DNA from: Oscillospiraceae bacterium
Lineage (GTDB): Bacteria; Bacillota; Clostridia; Oscillospirales; UBA929
Direction of reading: 5' to 3'
DNA: 64,000 bases
Assembly (NCBI GenBank): GCA_031556035.1
Contig: JAVBTT010000021.1
Coordinates: forward strand, 1,196-65,195
Position numbers and translations under genes: made by a program. Below, in pieces: positions 44,756 to 53,333 of the stretch. How positions within the stretch are numbered: the first letter of the stretch is position 1; every line of letters starts with the position of its first letter. The notes below the pieces were generated by a model. The model did not search any database. It was not told the origin of the DNA and was given only the letters and a program-made list of their open reading frames with translations.

Positions 44756-46269
44756 CACTCCGCGCCCCCCATCAGACACTTGTTGACGGCGTTGACGTAT
44801 GCCTTGATTGACGCCTCAATCACGTCGGTGGACAGGCCGCGCCCGGTGTATATCCTGCCCATGCTGGACACCCGTACAAGTGCCTCACCCAGGGCGTCCC
44901 CGCCCTCGGTGATCGAGTGCAGCGAGTAGTTTTCCAGCTTGTAGCGCCCGCCCGCGATGGCGTTTATCGCCTTGAACGCCGCGTCCACCGGGCCGTCCCC
45001 CATCTCGACGCGCTGGACGACAGAGTCCCCGCAGGTGAGCTTGATTATCGCGGTGGAGTCAATGGTGTTGCCCGAGTTGATCACAAAGCTCTCAAGCCTG
45101 TAAAGGCCGAAGTCCTCGTCCGCCTCGTTTTTCATAAGCGCGATGATGTCCAGGTCCGAAACAGTTTTTTTCTTGTCCGCCAGCACCTTGAAGCTGGCGA
45201 AGGCCTCGTCCAGCTCCTCTTTGGATACGGAGAAGCCCAGCGCCTCCAGCCGCTCCTCGAATGCGTGACGCCCCGAGTGCTTGCCCAGCACCATGCGGTT
45301 CTGCGGGATTCCCAGCGCCTCGGGACGCATGATTTCGTATGTCTCGGGGTTTGCCATGACGCCGTGCTGGTGTATGCCGGCCTCATGCGCGAACGCGTTG
45401 GCCCCGATGACGGCCTTATTGGGAGGGATGGGAAGCCCGGTGATTGTCTGAATGAGCCGCGAGGCCCTGTATATCTGAGTTGTGTCTACATCACAGGATA
45501 CGTCAAGGGTTGAGCCGCGGGTGACAATGGCCATGACAACCTCCTCGAGCGGGGTGTTGCCGGCCCGCTCGCCGATGCCGTTCAGAGTGCACTCGACCTG
45601 GGATGCCCCTGCCGCCACGCCGGAGATCGAGTTCGCGGTCGCCATGCCGAGGTCATTGTGGCAGTGCGCGGAGATGACGACCTTATCGGCGCCCGGGCAG
45701 CTTGACAGCACATCCCGAACTATACGGTAGTATTCGTTGGGTGTGATGTAGCCCACCGTGTCCGGGATATTTATAACGGTCGCGCCAGCCTCAATGACCG
45801 CAGAAAATATGCGGCGCAAAAACACCGGATCCGAGCGGCAGGCGTCCTCGGCGGAAAACTGTACTCCCTCGCAGAAGCGCCTTGCGTATTTCACAGCGCC
45901 CACAGCCTGCTCCAGCACCTGCTCCGGCGTCATTTTCAGCTTGGCGCGCATGTGAATGGGGGAGGTGGCCAGAAAGAGGTGGATAAGAGGGGAGACCGCT
46001 CCGCTGAGCGCGTCACGTGCGGCGTCGATGTCCTTTTCAACGCAACGGCACAGAGAGGCCACCCGGCAGCCCTTGATCTGCTCTGACACCGCTTTGACCG
46101 CCGCTAAGTCGCCGGGAGAGGCGATGGCGAAGCCGGCCTCTATGCAGTCCACCCGAAGCCGCTCGAGCTGGCGGGCCACCTCAAGCTTTTCGGAGATGTC
46201 CATGGAGCAGCCCGGCGCCTGCTCGCCGTCCCTGAGGGTGGTGTCGAATATGCTGATCTTCATGCCCAT
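44755..46269 (-). CDS. leuA: 2-isopropylmalate synthase
   Basis: IFDTTLRDGEQAPG, HCHNDLGMATANS, C-terminal LeuA dimerisation/regulatory domain. Start at ATG 46269, 9 nt after AAGGAG; the track start is a TTG extension into the leader. Confidence 0.9.
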   Translation of the reverse strand: MGMKISIFDTTLRDGEQAPGCSMDISEKLEVARQLERLRVDCIEAGFAIASPGDLAAVKAVSEQIKGCRVASLCRCVEKDIDAARDALSGAVSPLIHLFLATSPIHMRAKLKMTPEQVLEQAVGAVKYARRFCEGVQFSAEDACRSDPVFLRRIFSAVIEAGATVINIPDTVGYITPNEYYRIVRDVLSSCPGADKVVISAHCHNDLGMATANSISGVAAGASQVECTLNGIGERAGNTPLEEVVMAIVTRGSTLDVSCDVDTTQIYRASRLIQTITGLPIPPNKAVIGANAFAHEAGIHQHGVMANPETYEIMRPEALGIPQNRMVLGKHSGRHAFEERLEALGFSVSKEELDEAFASFKVLADKKKTVSDLDIIALMKNEADEDFGLYRLESFVINSGNTIDSTAIIKLTCGDSVVQRVEMGDGPVDAAFKAINAIAGGRYKLENYSLHSITEGGDALGEALVRVSSMGRIYTGRGLSTDVIEASIKAYVNAVNKCLMGGAE

Positions 46270-46370
46270 GCTTCCGTACTCCTTATATAAAACATTGCGT
46301 GTGAGTAGGGACGGCACCCCTCGGCGTCCCGCGTGCAATCAGAGGGACGTGCGAAATCATCTGAAAAACC

Positions 46371-46399
46371 TTGAAAAATATTATTTGATAGTATATACT
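46371..46399 (+). promoter_or_regulatory. sigma-A type promoter for pheST: TTGAAA-17-TATACT
   Basis: Plus strand: TTGAAA (46371-46376), spacer AATATTATTTGATAGTA (17 nt), TATACT (46394-46399). The -10 overlaps the leuA -10 within the palindrome AGTATATACT. Confidence 0.55.
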
Positions 46400-46418
46400 A
46401 ACCAGAAATCCACGTCAA
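46390..46418 (-). promoter_or_regulatory. sigma-A type promoter for the leuA operon: TTGACG-17-TATACT
   Basis: Minus strand: TTGACG (46418-46413), spacer TGGATTTCTGGTTAGTA (17 nt), TATACT (46395-46390). Confidence 0.6.
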
Positions 46419-46484
46419 GAGATTTGCAAGACCGGAATGCCTGAGTTTCATTTCAGAAACAGGCTTGCAGTGAGGAGAGAGGCA

Positions 46485-47513
46485 ATGATGAGGGAACAGC
46501 TTGAGGCGCTTAAGACAGGCGCGGCGGCCGCGCTCAAGGAGGTGAGCGACGCTTCCGGGCTTGAGGCGCTCAGGGTGCGTTTTTTGGGCAAAAAGGGCGA
46601 GCTGACCGCCGTGCTGAAATCCATGGGGTCGCTCAGCGCGGAGGAGCGCCCGGTTATAGGCGCGCTCGCCAACGATATACGGGGCTTTTTGGAAGAGGAA
46701 ATAGAGAAGGCTGGCAGGCTGATCGCCTCCGAGAGCACGAAGCGCAGACTGCTTGAGGAAAGACTGGACGTCACGCTGCCGGGAGCTCCTGTCAGGATAG
46801 GGCACAGGCACCCCATGAGCATCGTGCTTGACGAGATTAAGGACATCTTCCTGGGCATGGGCTTCAGCATAGCGGAAGGGCCGGAGGTCGAAAGCACCTG
46901 GTACTGCTTCGACGCGCTGAACACCGGCCCCGACCACCCGGCCCGGGACATGCAGGACACCTTTTATATAGACCCTCGGACAATTTTGCGCACGCAGACC
47001 TCATCGGTGCAGATACGCACGATGGAAAAGCAAAAGCCGCCGGTGCGCGTAATATCGCCCGGCAGGGTCTACCGCAAGGACGAGTTCGACGCGACCCACT
47101 CGCCGATGTTCCACCAGATCGAGGGTCTGGTGGTGGACGAGGGGATAACATTCGCCGACCTAAAGGGCACTCTTGAGACTATGATGAAAAGTATCTTCGG
47201 CGCGGAGGCCAAGCTGCGCTTCCGGCCGCACCACTTCCCGTACACCGAGCCGTCCGCCGAGGTGGATTTGCAGTGCTTCGCCTGCCACGGCGAGGGATGC
47301 CCGATGTGCAAGCAGGAGGGCTGGATTGAGATGCTCGGGTCCGGCATGGTGCATCCGAATGTTTTGAGGGTATGCGGCATCGACCCGGAAAAGTATTCGG
47401 GCTTCGCTTTCGGAGTGGGGCTGGAAAGACTGGCGCTGATGCGCTACAACGTCAGCGACATGCGCCTGTTTTTCGAAAATGACGTGCGCTTTCTCGGGCA
47501 GTTTGTGGGTTAG
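46485..47513 (+). CDS. pheS: phenylalanine--tRNA ligase alpha subunit
   Basis: LRVRFLGKKGELT..., HPARDMQDTFY, FRPHHFPYTEPS, GFAFGVGLERLAL. Start at ATG 46485, after GAGGAGAG. Confidence 0.95.
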   Translation: MMREQLEALKTGAAAALKEVSDASGLEALRVRFLGKKGELTAVLKSMGSLSAEERPVIGALANDIRGFLEEEIEKAGRLIASESTKRRLLEERLDVTLPGAPVRIGHRHPMSIVLDEIKDIFLGMGFSIAEGPEVESTWYCFDALNTGPDHPARDMQDTFYIDPRTILRTQTSSVQIRTMEKQKPPVRVISPGRVYRKDEFDATHSPMFHQIEGLVVDEGITFADLKGTLETMMKSIFGAEAKLRFRPHHFPYTEPSAEVDLQCFACHGEGCPMCKQEGWIEMLGSGMVHPNVLRVCGIDPEKYSGFAFGVGLERLALMRYNVSDMRLFFENDVRFLGQFVG

Positions 47514-47524
47514 GGGGGGAAGAG

Positions 47525-49897
47525 ATGAAGTTATCTGTTGAATGGCTTAAGGAATTTGTGGATATAAGCGAGTCGTCGAAGGATATCGCCGCGGCGCTCA
47601 CCATGTCCGGCTCAAAGGTGGAGACGGTTGAACATTTGGGGGCGGACATCACAAATGTCGTTGTCGGCAGGGTTGAGAGCGTCGTACGCCACCCCAACGC
47701 GGACAAGCTCTTCATCTGCAAGGTGGACGTCGGGCGCGGGGAAGCGGCGCAGATAATCACCGGAGCCACGAATGTGACCGCCGGGGTGTTTGTGCCCGTG
47801 GCGCTCGCGGTCGCAAACCTGCCCTGCGGAAAGGTGATAAAGGCGGGGAAGATGCGCGGCGAGGTCTCGGAGGGCATGCTCTGCTCGGGCGAGGAGCTGT
47901 GCCTCACGGGGGCGGATCAGCCGGGCGCGGACGCCGACGGCATATTGCTGCTTGAGGGCTCGGATTACACCCCGGGCGAGGATATACACGGCCCGCTCAT
48001 GCTTTCGGACAGCGTGCTGGATTTTGAAATCACCCCCAACCGCCCGGACTGCCTGTCTGTGATCGGACTGGCCCGGGAGGCTGCGGCGACGTTTGGGCGA
48101 GAGGCCAGATGGCACGGGCCGGAGGTCAGGGCAGAGGGCTCCAAAATAGAGGAGCATCTGTCGGTTGAGGTGCCGGACTCTGACCTGTGCCCGCGCTATA
48201 CGGCGCGCATGGTGGAAAACGTGAGGATCGGGCCCTCCCCGATGTGGATGCGCCGCAGGCTCAGGGCATGTGGGATCAGACCGATCAACAATATTGTCGA
48301 CATCACGAACTATGTGCTGCTGGAGTATGGCCAGCCGATGCACGCGTTTGACTATGCCTGTGTCCAGGGAGGCAAAATCGTCGTGCGCCGCGCGGCACAG
48401 GGCGAGACGATTGAAACGCTCGACGGGCAGACGCGCAATCTGACGGGCGACATGCTGGTAATCGCGGACGCTGAAAAGCCGGTCGGCATCGCGGGCGTCA
48501 TGGGCGGAGAGGGCAGCGGCATCACGGCTGAAACCAGAACCATCGTGTTCGAGTCCGCCAACTTCAGCGGCCCGTCGATACGAAAGACCGCTTTGTCACT
48601 GGCTATGCGCACCGACGCGTCGTCGCGCTTCGAGAAGGGGCTTGACCTGACCGCAACCGTTCCGGCCGTACAGCGAGCCTGCGAGCTGGTTGAGCTGCTG
48701 GGCGCCGGCACTGTCTGCTCCGGTATGATTGATGTGGGGCAAAAGGAACTTGAAAGCAATGCAATTAAGCTTGACTGCGCACAGATAAACGGCTTTTTGG
48801 GCACCGATATCTCTGAAAGCCGAATGCAGGCTTATCTCCGCGCGGTGGGCTGTGAAGTTGGCATTGATAACAGTGTCACCCCTCCGAGCTGGCGGGCCGA
48901 TATCTCGATATGGCAGGATTTGGCGGAGGAGGTGGCGCGGTTTTACGGCTACGACAATATACCGTCAAGCCTCACGATATCCAAGACGCAGGGGCGTAAA
49001 ACCGGAAGGCAGTACGCAGAGGATGCGGTCAAGAGCGCACTGCTGTCCATGGGCTTTGACGAGATGCTGACGTTTTCGTTTGTGGGTCGCTCCGACTATG
49101 TAAAATGCGGTCTGGACGGAGGTCAAGACTTCGTGTCGCTGCTCAATCCGCTGGGCGAGGAGACGTCCGTTATGCGTACAACCGCGCTGCCGTCCCTTCT
49201 GGGTTCGCTGGCGCGCAACAACAGCAGGCGGAATCAGGAGGCTATGCTTTTTGAAATCGCGATGACCTACCAGCCAAGGGCGGGAGAGCTCCCGGACGAG
49301 CGCCCGAAGCTTGTGCTCGGCGGACACGGCGGCGGGCTGGATTTCTTTGCGCTCAAGGGATGTGTGGAAAAGCTTCTTGAGGTTATGCGCGTGAATGGAG
49401 TACAATATTTCTCCCGAACGGATCATCCGTCCTTCCATCCGGGGCGCTGCGCCGAGGTCAGGCTAGGGGACAATGCGCTTGGAGTATTTGGGGAGATTCA
49501 CCCGGAAATACAGCAGCGTTTTGATGTTGACAAAAAGCTCTACGCCTGCGAGCTGGACTTCCTGAGTATGCTTGAGCTGTCCTCGCCGGAGGCCAAATAT
49601 ATACCGCTGCCGAGATATCCGTCCGTTTCCCGGGATCTTGCCCTGGTGTGCGACGAGTCCATACCGGCGGCAGAGCTCATTGAGGCGGTCAAGTCGTCCG
49701 GCGGGAAGCTCTTGAGGGAGTGCGCGGTGTTTGACGTTTATACCGGAAGCCACATACCAACGGGGAAAAAGAGCGTGGCGTTTTCCCTTCTGTACAGGGC
49801 GGACGACCGGACGCTGACCGACGAGGAGGTCGACGCGTCCATCAAGAAGGTGCTCAAGGCGCTTCACTCCCGCTTTGAGGCTGTCATACGCTCGTAG
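47525..49897 (+). CDS. pheT: phenylalanine--tRNA ligase beta subunit
   Basis: MKLSVEWLKEFV, tRNA-binding OB, B3/4 and B5 domains, FDVY...SLLYR C-terminal anticodon-binding domain. Confidence 0.95.
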   Translation: MKLSVEWLKEFVDISESSKDIAAALTMSGSKVETVEHLGADITNVVVGRVESVVRHPNADKLFICKVDVGRGEAAQIITGATNVTAGVFVPVALAVANLPCGKVIKAGKMRGEVSEGMLCSGEELCLTGADQPGADADGILLLEGSDYTPGEDIHGPLMLSDSVLDFEITPNRPDCLSVIGLAREAAATFGREARWHGPEVRAEGSKIEEHLSVEVPDSDLCPRYTARMVENVRIGPSPMWMRRRLRACGIRPINNIVDITNYVLLEYGQPMHAFDYACVQGGKIVVRRAAQGETIETLDGQTRNLTGDMLVIADAEKPVGIAGVMGGEGSGITAETRTIVFESANFSGPSIRKTALSLAMRTDASSRFEKGLDLTATVPAVQRACELVELLGAGTVCSGMIDVGQKELESNAIKLDCAQINGFLGTDISESRMQAYLRAVGCEVGIDNSVTPPSWRADISIWQDLAEEVARFYGYDNIPSSLTISKTQGRKTGRQYAEDAVKSALLSMGFDEMLTFSFVGRSDYVKCGLDGGQDFVSLLNPLGEETSVMRTTALPSLLGSLARNNSRRNQEAMLFEIAMTYQPRAGELPDERPKLVLGGHGGGLDFFALKGCVEKLLEVMRVNGVQYFSRTDHPSFHPGRCAEVRLGDNALGVFGEIHPEIQQRFDVDKKLYACELDFLSMLELSSPEAKYIPLPRYPSVSRDLALVCDESIPAAELIEAVKSSGGKLLRECAVFDVYTGSHIPTGKKSVAFSLLYRADDRTLTDEEVDASIKKVLKALHSRFEAVIRS

Positions 49898-49945
49898 ACT
49901 TTAGACGCCGCTCCAATTATTTGCAGTCATATTTTGATGATTTCA

Positions 49946-49974
49946 TTGACTTTGCGCAAATACTACTATATAAT
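49946..49974 (+). promoter_or_regulatory. consensus sigma-A promoter for secDF: TTGACT-17-TATAAT
   Basis: TTGACT 49946-49951, 17-nt spacer, TATAAT 49969-49974; 46 nt upstream of the secDF ATG. Confidence 0.65.
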
Positions 49975-50020
49975 CAACAAGTTGCGAATTTTGTAAGAAT
50001 TGGTTGAGGAGGCAGTCTTC

Positions 50021-52246
50021 ATGAAGAGGCTCAAGCATATCCTGGTATTTGTGGCGATTATTCTGGTCATAGGCATTCTGTCTGGAATCGCCGCGATGGG
50101 AGCGGATCTGGTATTTGTAAAAATCCCCAGCGTGCAGAGCGGAATAAAGCTCGGTCTTGACCTGCGCGGAGGGTCGATTATTACTCTTGAGGCTGCCGAG
50201 GATCAGATTAATCCGGATACCCTCGCCAACGATATAGAGGTGGCGAAGACTCTCATCGAGAGGCGCCTGACCGCTTCGGGTTACACTGAGGCGATGGTAT
50301 ACAAGGTTTCCTCAAACCGCATCCGCATTGAGATTCCCGATGTGGAAGACCCGGAGGAGGCGGTTGCCCTTGTCGGCAAGACCGCCAAGCTCGAGTTCAG
50401 GGACTATACCGGCAAGGTGTGGCTGAATGGAGACGCCGTTGAGAGCGCCAAGGCCGAATACAGCCCTGTCGACAACACCGGGATTTCCAAGCACCATGTT
50501 GTGCTTTCCTTCAAACAGGAATATCGCGACGCCTGGGCCGACGCGACTAAGTTCGCCGCCAGCCAGAGCGACGGCAGCAACTATATCGCAATTTATATGG
50601 ATGAGACCGAGCAAAGCGCCCCCCGCGTGGGCTCAGAGTACGCGTCCACCGGACTCACGGGCGACAGCTGCGTTGTCACCTTCGGAGACGGCACGAACAA
50701 GGAGCTCCAGCAGAGAGCAGCCGAGTTCGCGAACCTGGTTCAGATCGGCCGCCTGCCGTTCGACCTCAAGCAGGTCGAGCTTCGCAGCGTGGGCCCTACC
50801 CTGGGCGAGCGCTCTCTTGAGACAAGCATACTTGCCGGCGCAATCGGCCTGATTCTGGTTATCCTGTTTATGATAATCTTCTACCGTGTGCCTGGCCTTG
50901 TTTCCGGCATTTCTCTTATCTTTTACACGGCGCTCATGCTGGTCGTTTTGGCTGTGCTGCGCGTCAACCTTTCGCTGCCGGGCATTGCGGGTATCATACT
51001 GTCTATAGGCATGGCGGTCGACGCGAACGTCATTATATTTGAGCGTATAAAAGAAGAGCTGCGCTCAGGCAAGACAATCGCCTCCGCGGTTGCCTCGGGC
51101 TACAAGAGGGCGCTCACCGCCATCATAGACTCAAATATCACAACGATAATAGCCGCCGTCGTGCTGCTCATATTTGGAACAGGAGCCATTACCGGCTTCG
51201 CCATAACCCTTCTCACCGGCGTCCTGCTCTCCATGTTCACCGTCCTTGTCGTTTCAAGGCTGCTGCTCAACCAGCTTGTAATGATGGGCCTCAAGAGCCT
51301 CAGGCTTTTCGGCGTAAACACCGAGAAGAAGCCGTTTGTCGGCGAGGGGACCTTCAGCTTTGTCAAGAAATTCAATATGTTCGGCATTATAGCGATTGTG
51401 CTTGTCGCCACAGGCTTAATAGGGCTGGTGCTCCTGCCGTTCGGGGTAGGTATGTATAACTTCGATATTGACTTTGTCGGCGGTACCACCTTCCACATTG
51501 ATATGGGCGTCCAGCTCGATAGGGCAAAGCTGGACGATATAGCCGGCGTCGTCGAAAAAGCGTCGGGGGTTAAGCCATCAGCGCCTCAGATAACGGGCAC
51601 GGGCGGCACTGAGGTCATCATCAAGATGACCAGCATAGACTCTCCGACCCGTGAGGCGGTGTTCAACGCCCTAAAGCAGGAATACGGTCTTAGCGACAGC
51701 GCCAGGCTCAACGTCGAGGATGTCGGGGCGACTGTGGGAAGAAGCCTTCAGCAGTCGGCAATTCTGTCAGTTACCGTCGCCGCTCTGCTCATACTGCTGT
51801 ATATCACAATCCGCTTCCAGTTCAGCTCCGGTCTAGCCGCGGTCATCTGCCTGATTCAGGATCTTCTGGTGATGCTGAGTGCGTATGTGATCTTCCGCAT
51901 ACCGATCAACATGAACTTTATCGCCGCAATGCTGACTATACTAGGCTATTCAATCAACGCGAACATCATTGTCTTTGACCGTGTTCGCGAGAACAGAAAG
52001 CTCATGCTGAAGAAGCCGTTCGGCGAAATTGTCGACCGCTCCATCCATCAGACTCTCGGAAGAAGCATCAACACCACGGTTACAACCCTGATTCCGCTCG
52101 TATTAATTATAATTATCGGCGTTACCTCAATCCGGGAATTCGCGATACCCCTCATGGTGGGTATAGTCAGCGGACTTTATTCGTCGGTGTGCCTTGCCGG
52201 CGGCATGTGGGCAAAGTTTATCAAAGGCGACGTAAAGCTCAAGTAA
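50021..52246 (+). CDS. secDF: protein translocase subunit SecDF (fused)
   Basis: SecD periplasmic domain plus 6 TM (GLDLRGG, GPTLG), then the SecF half (DFVGGT, RTINTT-like GRSINTTVTTL). Fusion is typical of Firmicutes. Start at ATG 50021, after GAGGAGG. Confidence 0.9.
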   Translation: MKRLKHILVFVAIILVIGILSGIAAMGADLVFVKIPSVQSGIKLGLDLRGGSIITLEAAEDQINPDTLANDIEVAKTLIERRLTASGYTEAMVYKVSSNRIRIEIPDVEDPEEAVALVGKTAKLEFRDYTGKVWLNGDAVESAKAEYSPVDNTGISKHHVVLSFKQEYRDAWADATKFAASQSDGSNYIAIYMDETEQSAPRVGSEYASTGLTGDSCVVTFGDGTNKELQQRAAEFANLVQIGRLPFDLKQVELRSVGPTLGERSLETSILAGAIGLILVILFMIIFYRVPGLVSGISLIFYTALMLVVLAVLRVNLSLPGIAGIILSIGMAVDANVIIFERIKEELRSGKTIASAVASGYKRALTAIIDSNITTIIAAVVLLIFGTGAITGFAITLLTGVLLSMFTVLVVSRLLLNQLVMMGLKSLRLFGVNTEKKPFVGEGTFSFVKKFNMFGIIAIVLVATGLIGLVLLPFGVGMYNFDIDFVGGTTFHIDMGVQLDRAKLDDIAGVVEKASGVKPSAPQITGTGGTEVIIKMTSIDSPTREAVFNALKQEYGLSDSARLNVEDVGATVGRSLQQSAILSVTVAALLILLYITIRFQFSSGLAAVICLIQDLLVMLSAYVIFRIPINMNFIAAMLTILGYSINANIIVFDRVRENRKLMLKKPFGEIVDRSIHQTLGRSINTTVTTLIPLVLIIIIGVTSIREFAIPLMVGIVSGLYSSVCLAGGMWAKFIKGDVKLK

Positions 52247-52269
52247 GTCTGCCAAAGGCCGTATAGTTT

Positions 52270-52305
52270 TCCCCCTGTGTCACAGGATTCTGCGGCACAG
52301 GGGGA
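52270..52305 (+). terminator. hairpin terminator after secDF
   Basis: TCCCCCTGTG (52270-52279) pairs with CACAGGGGGA (52296-52305), followed by TTATCATGTT (weak U-tract). Confidence 0.55.
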
Positions 52306-52426
52306 TTATCATGTTAAAATTTGCCGTTTTTGAGACGGAAAGTTGTCTATTTTCAAAAGAGAAATTATATGATATACTATCCGAAAATATTGTCCGGCGA
52401 AAACAGATTTAGGAGATGTAAATTAT

Positions 52427-52798
52427 ATGGAAAATAAAGAATCCACCGTTAAGCTGGAGGAGCAGGGCTCGATCCATATCGCGGAGGAGGTTGTGGCCTC
52501 CATTGCCGCGCTGGCGGTTTCGGAGGTCGAGGGGGTGTCATCCCTGACTGCGGGGACGGGAGTCGCCGAGCTGCTGTCAAAAAAGACTCCGGCGAAGGGG
52601 GTCAAGATAACAATGGACGGAGCGAAGGTAAACATTGACGTTTCAATGCTGGTGCAGTACGGCTATCAGATAACCAGCGTCGCGCAAAAGGTTCAGGAGA
52701 GCGTCAGGAGCGCCATTGAGACCATGACCGGACTTGAGGCCGGTGTTATAAACGTGCACATTAATGGGGTTTCATTTGATAAACCGGCAAAAAAGTAA
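52427..52798 (+). CDS. Asp23/Gls24 family envelope stress protein
   Basis: IHIAEEVVASIAALAVSEVEGV...VNIDVSMLVQYGYQI...V..VNVHINGV. Same position as B. subtilis yqhY, upstream of nusB. Confidence 0.85.
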   Translation: MENKESTVKLEEQGSIHIAEEVVASIAALAVSEVEGVSSLTAGTGVAELLSKKTPAKGVKITMDGAKVNIDVSMLVQYGYQITSVAQKVQESVRSAIETMTGLEAGVINVHINGVSFDKPAKK

Positions 52799-52851
52799 TG
52801 TGTTTTCTATAATAAAGATAAAACCATTTTATTACTGAGGCAGGACTCCAT

Positions 52852-53298
52852 ATGACAAGAAGAAACGCCCGCGAGTTCACTGTGGGCATGGTGTATTGTT
52901 TCGACTACGGCGCACGGCCTGCGGAGCTCATTGCGGAGAGGCTGTCCGAAGATTTCTTCAGGCGCGTTTCCGGCGAGGACGAGATCTTCGCAACGCTCCC
53001 TGACGAGGTTCAGAGGGAGTACATTTCCAGGCTTATAAACGGGGTCTATGAACACCTGACCGAGCTGGACGGCTATATTGAGAAGTATTCGGTGGGCTGG
53101 AAGTTCGGCCGGCTGCCGCGAATGGCGCTCGCAGTCATGCGGGTGTGCATGTACGAAGTGTTATATATGCAGGACGTGCCGGACGGAGCCGCAATGGACG
53201 AGGCGGTAGAGATATCCAAGCACTATGAGCCTGCGGAGGTCAGCGCTTTTATTAACGGGATACTGGGGAGCTTTTTCCGCGCGGAGATAAAGGATTAG
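52852..53298 (+). CDS. nusB: transcription antitermination factor NusB
   Basis: MTRRNAREF...RMALAVMRVCMYEVLYM.DVP...DEAVEISK...FINGILG. Confidence 0.9.
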   Translation: MTRRNAREFTVGMVYCFDYGARPAELIAERLSEDFFRRVSGEDEIFATLPDEVQREYISRLINGVYEHLTELDGYIEKYSVGWKFGRLPRMALAVMRVCMYEVLYMQDVPDGAAMDEAVEISKHYEPAEVSAFINGILGSFFRAEIKD

Positions 53299-53333
53299 GC
53301 GTGTCCACGTAAGCAGGGGAGGGATGAGGCGGA

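Noticed and set aside
46283-46360. 25-codon ORF in the leuA leader (MISHVPLIARGTPRGAVPTHTQCFI) as an attenuation leader peptide
   Set aside because: It has no SD and only single Leu/Ile codons rather than a run. The ORF reads through the whole putative terminator, which does not fit classical ribosome-mediated attenuation logic.
46270-46484. T-box leader for leuA or pheS in the shared 215-nt intergenic region
   Set aside because: There is no T-box consensus on either strand. The two predicted promoters leave only about 110-nt and 80-nt leaders, which is too short for a T-box.
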